IMG/VR virus record: IMGVR_UViG_3300019766_000011
Span: 5,668 to 69,667 of that record
Source: a virus
Direction: 5' to 3' (one strand)
DNA: 64,000 nt
The notes beneath the pieces were generated by a model. The model made no database searches, was not told where the DNA came from, and saw nothing but the letters and a program-made list of their open reading frames with translations. Below, piece by piece: positions 18,007-26,318 of this stretch (position 1 is its first letter; each line of letters starts with the position of its first letter). A program made the position numbers and the translations under genes.

Positions 18007-18470
18007 AGTACCAAAATCGCTACAGGCCACGGGACACTAAGGCTACAGCGTTTTCACGATTTGTACAAAGCCTTGTATTGAGTAGGGTTATTATTGGGGG
18101 ATTCCCGACCCCTTTTATTTAAGGAGTTAAGCCCTAATGTGTATACATTTTGTACACTTTCACTAATTGATCAGGTAGTCACACCCAGCACATTTAGGAC
18201 ATATATGCAACACTATACACATAACCAGTATTGTACATATATACAGTACTAGACCATGGTGGCATATGTCCTTACCATTAATTAGCACCCATGGCAAGGT
18301 ATTAATTACCACCTACCACACACACATATGCACACATTAACCAAGCCACCCTATGCACTTGTAAGAGGTGTTCTATTCAATCCCATACAATCATCCACCC
18401 ACAGGATAGGACCAACACAGGGCCTTACAATAAAGTCAACCCCTCAATTATCATGCCAACTCTTAACACG

Positions 18471-18536
18471 AATGGTAATGCAAATGAGAATGATTCGTAT
18501 CTCAGATATTGCCAGAGAATGAGAAGCATCCCCATC
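18471..18536. promoter_or_regulatory. Fur-box-like sites
   Basis: Hexamer run AATGGT AATGCA AATGAG AATGAT; aatgagaatgattcgtatc 18483 (3 mismatches), aatgagaagcatccccatc 18518 (4). Confidence 0.5.
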
Positions 18537-18591
18537 CCCGGTGCTGCCAGCCCTAGCGATAAAATAAAATTTTAAAATTAAATTACCAATT

Positions 18592-18623
18592 ATGCGGGAT
18601 ATGCGGAAATGCGGGTATTGCGG
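18592..18623 (+). repeat. four (A/T)TGCGG hexamers at 8-9 bp spacing
   Basis: Starts at 18592, 18601, 18609, 18618. Confidence 0.8.
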
Positions 18624-18720
18624 AGGAGAGGGCTTCTAATGTGTTTAAAGAGGAGTATTAGGTCTTTGAGGGAATGTGTGCGCGGGAAGGAGAAAAGCCC
18701 TATAGGAGGGCGTATATATG

Positions 18721-19113
18721 CTATGTGGACTTGATTAAACCATCTTTAGTAACTGTAACTAAGAATCGTGTTAGTACTTCCCTGTTGTCAATCTCCCGGA
18801 TGAATGTAGCATTAAGGTACGGGTTGTATTTTATAATTTCGTGCGCGGGGGATGTATATTCTGTACTTTCACAAACATTCTCAGGCAACTCTCTGAACCT
18901 GAATGGGTTAAAACCTTTACAATTTAGTATGGTTCCAGATATTAATGCATGTACATTCTTTTGCCCGGAATCCCGAACACGCTTCTGTCCTGCCTTGTTG
19001 ATAGAGAAGATACAACCAGTCATCGTTATCTCATCACAATGCCCTACTACTTTATTTTTATACTTTATAGATAATTTACCGTTTGTCACATTCCTGTATA
19101 CTGATACTTTCAT
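18721..19113 (-). CDS. conserved phage hypothetical protein
   Basis: VYRN..SIK..GQKRVR..KNVHA..YNPY family pattern; AGGAG SD. Confidence 0.75.
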   Translation of the reverse strand: MKVSVYRNVTNGKLSIKYKNKVVGHCDEITMTGCIFSINKAGQKRVRDSGQKNVHALISGTILNCKGFNPFRFRELPENVCESTEYTSPAHEIIKYNPYLNATFIREIDNREVLTRFLVTVTKDGLIKST

Positions 19114-19145
19114 TCTATTCTCCTATTGAATTAGATTTAGAGTAA

Positions 19146-19167
19146 CCTCCTAGATCCGTCTAGGAGG
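19146..19167 (-). terminator. hairpin after RNA ligase gene
   Basis: cctcctaga-tccg-tctaggagg. Confidence 0.55.
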
Positions 19168-19178
19168 TATGTAGTTTG

Positions 19179-20135
19179 TTAGAAGTTAGAGAAGAACCAC
19201 TTACGGGCTTTTTCAGATAGGTATTTATTAACCTCTTTAGGGTCAAGGCCACTATCCTCTAAGGTGTCTGATTCTTCTTTGTGAATATCTTTAATAATCC
19301 ATCGTAAGAAGTCACCAGTACCTTTTTGAGATGGCTCAATATTATTTTGGGTGAATACTTCATCCATACCTTGTTTTAATCGGTTTTCCGTAACAGTATA
19401 ATCTACAAAGGTTCTAATATTGGCCATCTTGACTGTATCTACAGGGGCTAGTGTCTTTACCTTAGATACTGAGTGCTTCTGTCCTTTTACTTTGAATCGG
19501 AATAGACCATGTGATGAATTATGAGTCCAAACGATGCCCTCACCTACCCCGGATACTCCAAGATACTTACCAATAGGACATTCCTCTTCTACACGCATTG
19601 TAGCCTGTTCTAATAACTCCTGAGATTCTTCAGGTCGGCTAAAATCAATATCAATACTGAATGTAGGGAACTCATTAATACAGTAGATAGGTGCTTTACA
19701 TATATAATTAAGCGAAGGAGGCAGTACAAGCCAGCGTTCTCCGATCTTTACTCCAAAGATAATAAACATCTTAGGAAGTTCTGCAAGAGCCACACCTTTT
19801 TGAATATTTTCGCCACACCACTCCCCAAATAGGGTTATAATGTTGGAATCATCTTTAACACTTTTACAGATACTAATAAGGTCATCTAGATATTCATCAC
19901 AGAATTTAGCAAAACCTGCATTATCGTCACCTAAGCTAATAACCCTGTTACGACTTTGTGTAAGATACTCCCCAGTTGATGGGTCATATTGGAATCCTGC
20001 ATTAGTACCATGGGCTTTAACAGTTCCCTTAAAATTAAGAGTAGTCTCTGAAGGACCAAGTGTGGAGCATCTATTCACTTCCTTGACAACTTGACGATAC
20101 TGATTAATTGACGGGTATTTTTCAAATTCTAACAT
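19179..20135 (-). CDS. Rnl2-family RNA ligase
   Basis: Motif I KAHGTN, QSRNR, LFGEWCG, GEGIVW, FKVKG. Confidence 0.85.
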   Translation of the reverse strand: MLEFEKYPSINQYRQVVKEVNRCSTLGPSETTLNFKGTVKAHGTNAGFQYDPSTGEYLTQSRNRVISLGDDNAGFAKFCDEYLDDLISICKSVKDDSNIITLFGEWCGENIQKGVALAELPKMFIIFGVKIGERWLVLPPSLNYICKAPIYCINEFPTFSIDIDFSRPEESQELLEQATMRVEEECPIGKYLGVSGVGEGIVWTHNSSHGLFRFKVKGQKHSVSKVKTLAPVDTVKMANIRTFVDYTVTENRLKQGMDEVFTQNNIEPSQKGTGDFLRWIIKDIHKEESDTLEDSGLDPKEVNKYLSEKARKWFFSNF

Positions 20136-20139
20136 AATA

Positions 20140-20538
20140 TTATCCTTTATTTGTATTGGTTAAAGTGAGTGTTGGGTTTTCAGATAGTATTTTCTTCTTA
20201 AGTACTTCCATCTGATGGATATTACTTTCTATCCTTTCAAGTTCGTTACGTTTCGCTTCCATCTCTTTAAAGATAGCATGGGCTTCTCTTTTTTTACGTT
20301 CTTCTTCTGTTTCAGAACATCGACTACACTTGTTAATATCCAATGGAATAGATATAAGTTCTGAGTACGAAGCCATAAAGCGATTACAACAGCAGCAATA
20401 GACATCATACCAATCATGATCCCGGATAGAAGGGATAGGTTCTTCAGATTTAAGGGTATTAATAGAATCATCTACAGCTTCTTTAACGGACTCTAACATG
20501 GACTTCAAATTATCTTTACTTATTGGATCTTTCATCAT
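20140..20538 (-). CDS. hypothetical Zn-ribbon/coiled-coil protein
   Basis: CxxC..CxxC followed by charged helix. Confidence 0.6.
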   Translation of the reverse strand: MMKDPISKDNLKSMLESVKEAVDDSINTLKSEEPIPSIRDHDWYDVYCCCCNRFMASYSELISIPLDINKCSRCSETEEERKKREAHAIFKEMEAKRNELERIESNIHQMEVLKKKILSENPTLTLTNTNKG

Positions 20539-20960
20539 TAACTCCTAATTAGTTTAAGGATTTTATATAAACCTTCAGTATCTCAGAAAACCTTCAGGTT
20601 TATTTAAGCAAGAACCTACTTCACAAGAACTGAAAAGTCGTTAGGTTCTAATGGGTACTTATTAGGAGTAAGTCCTCCGAATACGAAAATGTAATTAACT
20701 CCCGAATCAGGAACTACTTCACAATAAGTGTAAGTACCAAAGGTATCTACTATCGTTTGTGTGAATATTTCCATTAATAACTCCTATTTGTCAGATTTAA
20801 GAAACAATTTAGTACATTGCTTTAGTACTACCACAGTGTATACATTTATATTTAGTACGTCCACTACTATCTTTACAAATTATTTTAAACCTGTAACTAT
20901 ATGGTCTATGAAACTGTTTAGACCATTTATGTCCAAATAACCAACATAATAGAGTCTTCA

Positions 20961-21170
20961 TTAAATTACCTCCAAATTAAATTCTAGGTAGGCACCATTA
21001 GCTGGCCAGTGTCCTAAAATATAAACTAACCATTTACGGGTGTACTCCATCTTACCCGTATGTTTGTTCCTTGAGAGGCTATCAGGGCCATCTAGACGAT
21101 GACCTACGATACCTACCTTTCCTTTATATTTCCCTGTTAGCACTTTAACTTGCTTATCCATTAAACTCAT
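20961..21170 (-). CDS. KOW/SH3-like small protein
   Basis: VKVLTGKYKGKVGIV KOW-like motif. Confidence 0.6.
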   Translation of the reverse strand: MSLMDKQVKVLTGKYKGKVGIVGHRLDGPDSLSRNKHTGKMEYTRKWLVYILGHWPANGAYLEFNLEVI

Positions 21171-21207
21171 ATTAACTCCTAGTTATTAAATTTAATAAAG
21201 CCACCAG

Positions 21208-21399
21208 CTAATTATTATCAACTACTTCATTAAGTAACTGTATGCCTTTTTGATTCCAACCTTTACGCCAACCTTCTAGGTAAATATATCTACGAGGATT
21301 CTGACCACCTGAAGGAGGTGTAGGTTTCTTCATATCATATCCATGGATACGACCCTGTACAAATTCATCATAAATCTCAATGTTTGATATTTCTAACAT
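21208..21399 (-). CDS. hypothetical protein
   Basis: ORF; YLEGWRKG motif. Confidence 0.55.
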   Translation of the reverse strand: MLEISNIEIYDEFVQGRIHGYDMKKPTPPSGGQNPRRYIYLEGWRKGWNQKGIQLLNEVVDNN

Positions 21400-21635
21400 T
21401 ATGAAATACCTTTATGATTATTGGAAACATATCGGTTAACGTGATTTAAACCCTCAGTTAATTTATCAATTTGTTTTTGCTGTTCACATATCTTCCAAGC
21501 CAACATGTAGGTTAGTCCAGAAGCTCCTGATAGGTTTTCATCTATTACAGCATGTTTAAAAGCTTCAGAATCCCAAATCTCTTTTAAAAGATCCTTAACC
21601 GGAGTTTCTTTAAGGTGTTTGATACTTTTAGCCAT
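21399..21635 (-). CDS. hypothetical protein
   Basis: ORF with GAGG SD. Confidence 0.6.
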   Translation of the reverse strand: MAKSIKHLKETPVKDLLKEIWDSEAFKHAVIDENLSGASGLTYMLAWKICEQQKQIDKLTEGLNHVNRYVSNNHKGIS

Positions 21636-21636
21636 T

Positions 21637-21962
21637 CTAGTTACCTCTCAACTTATTAATAATACGATTACGAACTTGAACATCAGTTTCACCTAATCTT
21701 CTTTTATCTAAATCATATAAGTCTAACTGTTCATCTAACTGTTATTACCTGTTAAGATTTCGATACCGTCATCGTCTAGTTCTGGAAGCTCTTCTCTTAG
21801 TTTATTAGCCTGATCTATTGACATTATCAAATTAACAGGACCAATGCGTACATTGACCCTTTCTGGGAAATGTTGTGGATCTGGGTTCTTAAGTTTTACT
21901 ACTTCGGGATCACCATCACTACATACAATATTAACAAGAGCTACAGGACTATCAGATTCCAT
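21637..21962 (-). pseudogene. apparently frameshifted gene (MESDSP.. continuing in another frame as QLDEQLDLY..RNRIINKLRGN)
   Basis: Coding-like continuation 21637-21742 lacks its own start; frame break near 21743. Confidence 0.45.
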
Positions 21963-22501
21963 TATATTCCTCCTTTTATTATGTAACCAATCCATAATAA
22001 CAGACCAACAATTAAGAAGGAAGACATAATTGGATAATCCATAAAATGAGGGACGGTATTTTCAATGTCGTTACCTAAATTAGGACCAATCGTTTGATTA
22101 GGTTTTATATTATTTATTGAATTATCTGCATATATTAAACGAGAGAAAATATAATTCAATTTAGTGTTATCAAAATAACCATATAGTATAAGGATATTCC
22201 TAAAGGTTAGTCCATCTAATTTATGGGGATCATCATTAGTGCTCAAGAAATATTGAGTCTTTTCATTACCTTTAGTATCTACCGTTACAATACGACTAGG
22301 GACTACACGGTAATTATTATAATAAATAATAACTTCCTTATAGTAAGTTGCTTCACGCTCTCTTTTGATATATTCCATTACGGAATCTAGAGTTGCATAA
22401 AGGATTATAATATTATTACTATTACTTGGTTTTAAAATAGCCGGATATCCACTAACAACCTTAGTAATTTTGATACCATTATCATCTGTTTTACATGCCA
22501 T
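21962..22501 (-). CDS. membrane-anchored hypothetical protein with terminase-ATPase-like fragment
   Basis: FLSTNDDPHKLDGLTFRNILI; C-terminal TM helix. Confidence 0.6.
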   Translation of the reverse strand: MACKTDDNGIKITKVVSGYPAILKPSNSNNIIILYATLDSVMEYIKREREATYYKEVIIYYNNYRVVPSRIVTVDTKGNEKTQYFLSTNDDPHKLDGLTFRNILILYGYFDNTKLNYIFSRLIYADNSINNIKPNQTIGPNLGNDIENTVPHFMDYPIMSSFLIVGLLLWIGYIIKGGI

Positions 22502-22503
22502 TA

Positions 22504-22746
22504 TTACTCTCCTATTTCTGAAGGATTATTAGGTTCATAAACTGGAATAAATTTAGTCATATTCATGAATAAATCATTACTTGTTCCGACTTCTTGCCAG
22601 AAGTCAACAGGTCCTATTGGTTTGTACTTATTTAATCGACAAAGTTTTTTACTACCACATGGGAAGTAAACCCAGCAAAACTGTTGATCTTTTAGTAAGT
22701 CATTATACCTATCAACTTCAATCCACTCATCTAATTCTTTTAACAT
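22504..22746 (-). CDS. hypothetical protein
   Basis: ORF. Confidence 0.6.
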   Translation of the reverse strand: MLKELDEWIEVDRYNDLLKDQQFCWVYFPCGSKKLCRLNKYKPIGPVDFWQEVGTSNDLFMNMTKFIPVYEPNNPSEIGE

Positions 22747-23190
22747 TTAAAGACCCTTAAATCGATATGAGTAACCTGCACCTACAAGCGAATCTGGTAC
22801 TAATATAAATGTGATTCCAACATCTCCTAGGTACTTAGTGTAACCAAAAGATGGGAGGATTACATATTTATCTAGAGTATGCATACTCTCTGGGTATCCG
22901 GAGATTATAGATAAATCGAAACTAAACCCGGTAGCCTTAAAGTCCCAACGATTAGTAACTAGAAAAGATTGACGACAGTGTGTATTGATGTAAGCCCCTA
23001 CACCTAAGTTTTTATAACGATAAGCTACTAGGTCATGTTCTTCGTTAAAACACTCCCAAGGCTTCACAGTTCGATCAAAGTGGTATGTCCACAGTCCTAA
23101 GTCTAATACATGTTCAGGCTCTTTAGCCATTGCTGGCTGACAAGATACTAATGTAAAAACCAGTGTAATTAAAGTAATTAATTTGTTCAT
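22747..23190 (-). CDS. putative outer-membrane beta-barrel protein (PagP-like pattern)
   Basis: Signal peptide ..AMA, YHFDR..NEEH motif, alternating hydrophobic strands, terminal YSYRF. Confidence 0.5.
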   Translation of the reverse strand: MNKLITLITLVFTLVSCQPAMAKEPEHVLDLGLWTYHFDRTVKPWECFNEEHDLVAYRYKNLGVGAYINTHCRQSFLVTNRWDFKATGFSFDLSIISGYPESMHTLDKYVILPSFGYTKYLGDVGITFILVPDSLVGAGYSYRFKGL

Positions 23191-23208
23191 AAATTGATCT
23201 CCTTTTGT

Positions 23209-23234
23209 ATGGAGGCGATTTATTTCGCCTCCAT
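23209..23234 (-). terminator. hairpin
   Basis: atggaggcga-tttatt-tcgcctccat. Confidence 0.55.
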
Positions 23235-23242
23235 ATTATTAG

Positions 23243-23572
23243 TTAGTTACGAATCCCACTAATAATACGATATTTAGGTGGGTTCCTTACATGAGATTGA
23301 ATAGGTACACCTGTTTGCGTTGCATAAGTTTTAACTTTACGTACTTGATAAAAGGGTACTCCGTAAAGTGTACCATAATTAAGTAGTTCAACTGTTAAAT
23401 TACTTAGTTCTCTTTTATTTTCAATTTCTAAGAGTAAAGAAAGATAGTAATCTTCTTCTACATAAACTTCAAGAGGTTCGGGCTTACCTGTCTTCCTCGT
23501 ACTTTCATACCTCCTAATGTGAATTGAATTAGCTAAATCATCAAACAAGGGGGTAGTAGATACACTAGCCAT
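23243..23572 (-). CDS. hypothetical protein resembling an HK97-fold capsid fragment
   Basis: P..VYV...YYLSL...GTLYGVPF pattern. Confidence 0.6.
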   Translation of the reverse strand: MASVSTTPLFDDLANSIHIRRYESTRKTGKPEPLEVYVEEDYYLSLLLEIENKRELSNLTVELLNYGTLYGVPFYQVRKVKTYATQTGVPIQSHVRNPPKYRIISGIRN

Positions 23573-23994
23573 TATAACAAACCCTTAAACCATTTGGTAA
23601 TCTTACGGTATTTAACAACTGCTTTATACATGATACGTGTGGTGCACTTATCAACACCCTCTTCCTTTAGTAAGAATCGGAAAGCTTTATCACGTAGTTC
23701 ACCATTATCATCTTGATCACACATATGATCGTGAATAAGTGAAGGTATCTTAAACTCTTCATCAAGTGGATCACCTATAAGTGAATGGAAACCATATGGA
23801 ATAGATGCACTAAATCGGTAATCTTCTGCTATAGTATCTTCATGTAGAGAATATGTATAGGAATGTCCTTGTACCTTTGCAGCCTTAGAATCCCAGTACC
23901 TAATCTCAAATGACACATAATCGTTTAATTGGTGACGTACACCCTTGATACTCGAATCTACTTCTGAATAATCTATTGATAATATTTTAATCAT
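23572..23994 (-). CDS. DUF1353-like protein
   Basis: FSASIP, LIHDHMC, D..F..LL..EGV..MYKAV pattern. Confidence 0.7.
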   Translation of the reverse strand: MIKILSIDYSEVDSSIKGVRHQLNDYVSFEIRYWDSKAAKVQGHSYTYSLHEDTIAEDYRFSASIPYGFHSLIGDPLDEEFKIPSLIHDHMCDQDDNGELRDKAFRFLLKEEGVDKCTTRIMYKAVVKYRKITKWFKGLL

Positions 23995-24003
23995 ATCTTC
24001 TCC

Positions 24004-24390
24004 TTACACTCTGATAATTTTAGGTTTCTTATGCTTAGGAGATCTAGACTCACCAAGCATACTATAATGAATTTCATCATCTTGTTCAAATTCTAATATA
24101 TATTGAGTGATGAAGTCAATCATTTTTACAACAGTTTTCATAGAGCATCCTCGGATACCCGGAATTGACCTAACTTTCTTAAAACTAAATGGCCTTAATA
24201 CGATAGCACCATCTTCAATACTTTTACGGTGGCACCAAACATACTTCCAATGGTTAGCCTCATCGTAGCTTACAGACCATACGTACCCGTGAGGTACAAG
24301 TCCGTCATAGCGTTCACCTGTACCATAGATAACTCCCATATGGCGACCATTTATATCACCTGTTAATGCATTCTTGAATTTTCGACCCAT
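24004..24390 (-). CDS. hypothetical protein
   Basis: ORF with AGGAGG SD. Confidence 0.65.
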   Translation of the reverse strand: MGRKFKNALTGDINGRHMGVIYGTGERYDGLVPHGYVWSVSYDEANHWKYVWCHRKSIEDGAIVLRPFSFKKVRSIPGIRGCSMKTVVKMIDFITQYILEFEQDDEIHYSMLGESRSPKHKKPKIIRV

Positions 24391-24639
24391 AGACCTATAC
24401 CTCCTGTAGGCTCTTGTGAGGTTATTTTAACTTAAACCTAAGTAACGCCATTAATTATCTGCTAAATAGCGTCACAGCTATACTAGCGAGGCTTACGACC
24501 CTTAAACCCATCCACAATATCACCCCAAATGCTAAATATTATAATTAATATTAAAATTATTGTGAATTTCAGAAAAGTTAGTATCCCCTTCAAACGAGTA
24601 AATTTACGTAATATCTTCATATTTCTCCTATCCTACGAT

Positions 24640-24793
24640 TAATAATTATTAATAATATAATACTAAATATAATAATACAAGTAATAATATAAATATAATC
24701 ACAGACGAAGTGACGAGCGAGAGCGAGGAGCTGAAGTAACCTGTGATTCTATTCCACCTTTTCCTATCTTTCCCCCTTAGTGTACAGTTTAAG
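24640..24793 (+). other. origin-like element: AT-rich tract, GA-rich hairpin, pyrimidine tract, 22-bp box (copy 2)
   Basis: AATCACAG 24697-704 / CTGTGATT 24741-748 flanking GACGAGCGAGAGCGAGGAG; CCCCCTTAGTGTACAGTTTAAG 24772-24793. Confidence 0.55.
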
Positions 24794-24796
24794 GAT

Positions 24797-24825
24797 TTGA
24801 CAGGTACTTTTTAAGGGTGTAAAGT
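24797..24825 (+). promoter_or_regulatory. sigma70 promoter of the polymerase operon
   Basis: TTGACA-17-TAAAGT, 3 bp downstream of the 22-bp box. Confidence 0.65.
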
Positions 24826-24859
24826 AGGTTAATAATTTTAAGTAGTGAGGAGTAGATTT

Positions 24860-26182
24860 ATGGCGATTTCTAGCCCTATAAGAAAGGAGGTAATTAAGAG
24901 AGAACACACGTTCATATCTCAAGAGTATCTACTTGCAGACCCTGATATGCCTATACTTGAGGCAGTTTGTACCCTATACCTTGATGAGTATCCATGTGTA
25001 AGAATACCTTCCAAAATGAGGGAAACTATTTCTTGCTTTTTAGCCAATTTAATTGTGATTCAAAGGATCAATTCTGAGCAGTTTTTGAGTTTGTACAAAC
25101 ACCGTATTAATCGGACCTTCTATACTACCAATTTTACGGCCTTTAAATGGAACCATACGGTGATGAATAATTTGATTAAATTACTAGAGAGGGAATCAAT
25201 TATTGAAGGAAGTTTAGGTTATAAACTAGAGGAGAGTATGCCATCCCTCTACAGGTTAACAATTGATCAGAAATTACTTGAGAATGTTACAAAAGCTAAG
25301 GTAGTTATTAATAATAAAGCTGCCCGGTATGTTGTGTTACGACCCGGTAGTTATGATTATGACAATAAGAAGGAGATCATGGCTAATACTAAGACTTTGA
25401 AAGATCTACCTGATCGTACCAAGAGGGGTTTCAGCCAACATAAACAGCTGGCCAATAATCTTCATAACTTAATGAAAAAGAATTCACTAATGAATGGTAG
25501 AGGTGACGAACTCATACCTAATTACTTGTGTTGGGTTTTTACGGAATCCTTTGAAAAACATGGACGTATGTACTTTAATTTACAGAATATGCCATCAAAG
25601 GATAGGAAGAAACTTACAATAAATGGGGAGGAAGTCGTTGAAATAGATTACGATAACTGTAGTGCTCATATCATGTACGCTATGAATGGATTACAATTAA
25701 CAGGAGATGCCTACCCTACATCTCCTAAATTTACACGTAAGATCTCTAAGAAGTGCTTTACTGTTATGGGTAATGTATCAAGTTCAGCGAGAGCCATTGA
25801 AGCTGTGTACCAAGATATGAAACTACAGCTTAGTACAGAAATGCCAAACAAGGATAAGAAATTAGCAGCTATGTCTAACGTATACCTTAAGAAGTCCATA
25901 CGTAGCGCTATCGAAGCTTTAGAGTTGCAGCATGACCAAATTATAGGGGTAGATTCTTTTGGATTGTATCAACGTAATGGATTGGATGTTATGGCAATTG
26001 ATGCTAAGGTAGCAATGTTGGTTACGCAACACTTCGTAGGTAAAGGTGAAGTTATAATACCTATTCATGATAGTTTTATAGTTAGAAAAAGCTTGACGCA
26101 AGAATTAAAAGATGTAATGATTTCATCTTATAAAGCAGTACTTGGTAGTGAGTACACCATTACAATAACAGAGGAGGGGTAG
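24860..26182 (+). CDS. TV-Pol-like polymerase (family A / T7 RNAP-related fold)
   Basis: HGRMY..LQNMP..R..TINGE..VEIDY (motif A), GDAY, RKISK (motif B), IPIHDSFIV (motif C); start ATG 24860 with GAGGAG SD. Confidence 0.75.
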   Translation: MAISSPIRKEVIKREHTFISQEYLLADPDMPILEAVCTLYLDEYPCVRIPSKMRETISCFLANLIVIQRINSEQFLSLYKHRINRTFYTTNFTAFKWNHTVMNNLIKLLERESIIEGSLGYKLEESMPSLYRLTIDQKLLENVTKAKVVINNKAARYVVLRPGSYDYDNKKEIMANTKTLKDLPDRTKRGFSQHKQLANNLHNLMKKNSLMNGRGDELIPNYLCWVFTESFEKHGRMYFNLQNMPSKDRKKLTINGEEVVEIDYDNCSAHIMYAMNGLQLTGDAYPTSPKFTRKISKKCFTVMGNVSSSARAIEAVYQDMKLQLSTEMPNKDKKLAAMSNVYLKKSIRSAIEALELQHDQIIGVDSFGLYQRNGLDVMAIDAKVAMLVTQHFVGKGEVIIPIHDSFIVRKSLTQELKDVMISSYKAVLGSEYTITITEEG

Positions 26183-26183
26183 T

Positions 26184-26318
26184 ATGTCAGAGTATGTAGT
26201 CGATGAGGAGTTATACATTGGAAGTACTGATGAAGAATACATTTCAAAATTAACAGAAGATTTTAATAATTCAGAAGACGGTTTCTTTAGCATCTCATTA
26301 GGTGATCTAGATGACTAA
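26184..26318 (+). CDS. 44-aa highly acidic protein
   Basis: MSEYVVDEELYIGSTDEEYISKLTEDFNNSEDGFFSISLGDLDD; GAGGAGG SD; overlaps the RNAP start. Confidence 0.6.
   Translation: MSEYVVDEELYIGSTDEEYISKLTEDFNNSEDGFFSISLGDLDD

Noticed and set aside
17769-18522. ORFs 17769..18014 and 18328..18522 (also 12252..12443)
   Set aside because: Low-complexity or regulatory DNA read-through with no SD and atypical composition.
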